Shown here one piece after another: positions 61,865-64,000 of a stretch of DNA of 64,000 bases; within the stretch, counting starts at the first letter, position 1; every line of letters begins with the position of its first letter. A program made the translations under genes and the position numbers. Below the pieces are notes generated by a model. It saw only the letters and a program-made list of their open reading frames with translations, made no database searches and had not been told where the DNA came from. The DNA is from a virus (lineage: Duplodnaviria; Heunggongvirae; Uroviricota; Caudoviricetes): IMG/VR virus record IMGVR_UViG_2579778842_000017, positions 1 through 64,000 of that record, one strand, 5' to 3'.

Positions 61865-61890
61865 AGGCCGCTTTCGCGGCCTTGTTTTTA
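61865..61890 (+). terminator. Rho-independent terminator ending the virion operon
   Basis: AGGCCGCTTTCGCGGCCT then TGTTTTT. Confidence 0.7.
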
Positions 61891-62049
61891 ACGAATGCCA
61901 CCGCCACCCGGGCGGGAATCCGCAGAACGCCCACCGCAGCGGGAGCCGTCAGCAGCAGTGTCGCTGTCGTGCTGACAACGACCGGCAAAGGCCTGAGTTG
62001 AAGCTACCAGAGACAACAAAACGAACAGTGCAGCAAATGCTTTTTTCAT
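61888..62049 (-). CDS. Small secreted Gly/Arg-rich peptide
   Basis: 53 aa: Sec-type signal MKKAFAALFVLLSLVASTQAFA then 31-aa mature peptide with two Cys. Confidence 0.4.
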   Translation of the reverse strand: MKKAFAALFVLLSLVASTQAFAGRCQHDSDTAADGSRCGGRSADSRPGGGGIR

Positions 62050-62111
62050 TGTGAAATTTCCATCTATAAGCCACCTCAATGTGGCGTCAATGAGTGTTAG
62101 CACTGACTTTT

Positions 62112-62140
62112 GTTTCGTCCACAAAAAATCCCGCAGCGCG
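62112..62140 (-). terminator. Rho-independent terminator after the low-GC gene
   Basis: minus strand CCCGCGCTGCGGGATTTTTTG. Confidence 0.6.
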
Positions 62141-62143
62141 GGC

Positions 62144-62725
62144 TTATTCTTCTTCATCATTAAAAAGCGGATTGTTATTTCCATCTGATGAAAGGAAAGG
62201 TATGTGTTCTCTTGAAAATCCAACAATGACAATTTCATTATCATTTTTTGCATAATGAATGCATTCATTAGAATGCATTCCGCCAGGGTTGAAATTTAAG
62301 TTAATGGTATAATTCTTAAATGTGTTTGGATACCATGTTGGCCCACAATGATAATGCCAATAATTCTCTTGCTCATAATTGTCTGAGCCGGGAATTTTAT
62401 CATGGTTATCATCAACCCACGAGGGCTTGTTTTTTCCAACAAGCGCCCTTCCATTGGCAACATCCTCTAAAAAACTTTGTATGATTTTTATTTCATCATC
62501 AGTAAGGAAAGGTCCGTCTACAGCGAAAGGGGTGTTGCTTTCCCCATGTAGAAAACTATTAGATATTCTAATGTTAAACTTCAAGGAAAACTCCTGATGT
62601 GCTTCTATTTGGAGCGAAATGCCGCCTTGAAGTCGCTGAAAGATGTTCCTGTCTGGTAAACCATATCCTTGTCGCGCTCTTTGCTTGCGCGGCCAAGCAT
62701 AACTTTTCCAATGACATCCCAGCAT
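62144..62725 (-). CDS. Low-GC hypothetical protein (horizontally acquired moron)
   Basis: AT-rich codon usage unlike surroundings; possible alternative TTG start near 62584 after CAGGAG. Confidence 0.5.
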   Translation of the reverse strand: MLGCHWKSYAWPRKQRARQGYGLPDRNIFQRLQGGISLQIEAHQEFSLKFNIRISNSFLHGESNTPFAVDGPFLTDDEIKIIQSFLEDVANGRALVGKNKPSWVDDNHDKIPGSDNYEQENYWHYHCGPTWYPNTFKNYTINLNFNPGGMHSNECIHYAKNDNEIVIVGFSREHIPFLSSDGNNNPLFNDEEE

Positions 62726-62872
62726 TGCTTGGCTTGTTCATTGTGCTGAGTACGATTTTTCAACGCTGTCATATCGCGCCTCCTTTACCTTTAAGGTAAT
62801 AGTACGCTATTCACCCACAGTCTGCAATCTGTACAGAATTATTTAAAGGCACATCCCTGTGCCGCCGTTCTG

Positions 62873-63598
62873 TCAGAAGAACCCTGCCTTGTCGTTGATG
62901 TACTCCGCGTGCGTCTGGATATCACGCAGGCATTTGCTCACACCGACGATGTAGCAGAACATGGTGGTCAGCTCCGCCGCCGCGCCAGATACGTCGTGCC
63001 CGTCGTCCTGCAACTGGTTCAGCAGATTCATCAGCAGTGAGTTCTCCGTCAGGCCGAGAACACCAGACGGCGAGTGAATCAGGCTGCGGTAGCCGGGCTT
63101 CAGTGGGGCACTGTAGGTTTTGTTCTCTATCTTCATTGCCTGTATTACTGCTGACGCCGTGGCGTTGGCTACCTGGTCGGCAACCATCTTTATGCGTTCT
63201 TCCTGCGGGAGCGAGTCTTTAATGTAACTTCCGGTGCGGCGGATCTGAGGAAGAACCTCACCTGTAACCCATTTACGAAAGCGGTAGGGGATAGTGCCTG
63301 GTGTCACCGCATCGCGGCAGCGGAGGATCAGTGTGTAGAGGCCTGACTCGGAGATGATGTTGAGCTCTTTTACTCGGCTATCAAAAATTGCACGATGTTC
63401 ATGCCCTATGTTGAACATAGACCTTTCATCATCATCCAGTTTTTCAAGTGATTGGGTGACGTTTTGGATACGCAGCGCACTACAAACGTCTTGGGCTACA
63501 AACCATGGTTGGCCATCGATAATGATGGAACGGATAGGGTTAACAGATTCAAATTTGAAGATGGCAGTTTGAGCATTAGCCATGGTGGTTATCTCCAC
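62873..63598 (-). CDS. Bro-N domain protein (antirepressor-like)
   Basis: N-terminal FESVNPIRSIIIDGQPWFVAQDVCSAL ... LPQIRRTG matches the Bro-N domain; start likely MANAQTAIF. Confidence 0.65.
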   Translation of the reverse strand: MEITTMANAQTAIFKFESVNPIRSIIIDGQPWFVAQDVCSALRIQNVTQSLEKLDDDERSMFNIGHEHRAIFDSRVKELNIISESGLYTLILRCRDAVTPGTIPYRFRKWVTGEVLPQIRRTGSYIKDSLPQEERIKMVADQVANATASAVIQAMKIENKTYSAPLKPGYRSLIHSPSGVLGLTENSLLMNLLNQLQDDGHDVSGAAAELTTMFCYIVGVSKCLRDIQTHAEYINDKAGFF

Positions 63599-64000
63599 TT
63601 AGTGATTTTAATCACCACCGCAACGCCAATTACTGGTGGTGAACTGGACAAGGTTGGCGTACCGGCCTAAGTGGTACCGGCGTCCTTTCGGACCCCTGCC
63701 CAGCCCACCATAATTCGGATATGGCTGTGCTTAACGCATAAAAAAACCACGTCTGGCGTGGTATGCGCCACTTAGTAACTCGGGACGCCAATCCCGGCAC
63801 TGGATTTTTCCAGTGCCCGATTACTATGGCACAAGAGGAGTGCGATGTAAATTTACCGCAAAGGTAAATATAAGCACTCCACTTGGTAATTGCAAACCTT
63901 ATCTGGTTTGTTTTCGTAATTGTTCGGCACAATAGTCGAGATGTGTTTGCAGATCCCGCATAGACATCTGTGAGCTGGTGACGTAGTTAATCAGTGCAGT

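Larger units (their letters stand above)
42102..61890. mobile_element. Second podovirus-type virion module (separate or remnant phage element)
   Basis: second complete TerS-TerL-portal-capsid-tail-internal protein set, bounded by terminators and the 12-bp palindrome. Confidence 0.5.

Noticed and set aside
63630-63932. 100-aa minus-strand ORF at the right end
   Set aside because: Spans terminator hairpins and intergenic sequence, Cys/Trp/Pro-rich, no RBS; likely spurious.

Overview
The window is a host flank (yfdC-like FNT transporter gene, then tRNA-Arg(CCU) of argW type) followed by temperate-phage DNA of at least two kinds. (1) About 1.1-42.1 kb is a complete P22-like podovirus prophage at the tRNA, with a P4-type integrase next to the tRNA and the late region inverted on the minus strand: tailspike, immI (ant, arc, mnt), ejection proteins gp16/20/7/14, tail needle, gp10, gp4, coat, scaffold, portal, TerL, TerS, a lambda-type lysis cassette (S, R, Rz/Rz1), pR'/tR', Q, nin region, DnaB-like helicase carrying an intein, gene 18, c1, cro, P22-type operators, c2, gene 24 (N-like), then a plus-strand early-left operon (Ead/Ea22, Rad52-like annealase, SSB, HNH, 3'-5' exonuclease, MmcB-like nuclease, DUF551). 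(2) About 42.1-61.9 kb is a second, unrelated podovirus-type virion module on the plus strand (TerS, TerL, tRNA-Arg(UCU) moron, portal with T7-like C-terminus, scaffold, capsid, tail adaptor and nozzle, large internal virion proteins, lipoprotein). I could not find an integrase, lysis genes, immunity region or att repeat for it; its boundaries carry a GTGACATGTCAC palindrome next to terminators. (3) The right end (61.9-64 kb) holds minus-strand morons. The best candidates for undescribed accessory or defence functions are in the immI-proximal island at 5.8-7.9 kb (a ClpP-like peptidase co-transcribed with mnt, a Panacea/DUF4065 two-gene pair, a small membrane protein), the DUF2829-like gene between lysis and terS, and the low-GC right-end cluster. 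All calls rest on reading the translated ORFs and DNA motifs by eye; no database search was run, and coordinates of re-assigned starts may be off by a codon.
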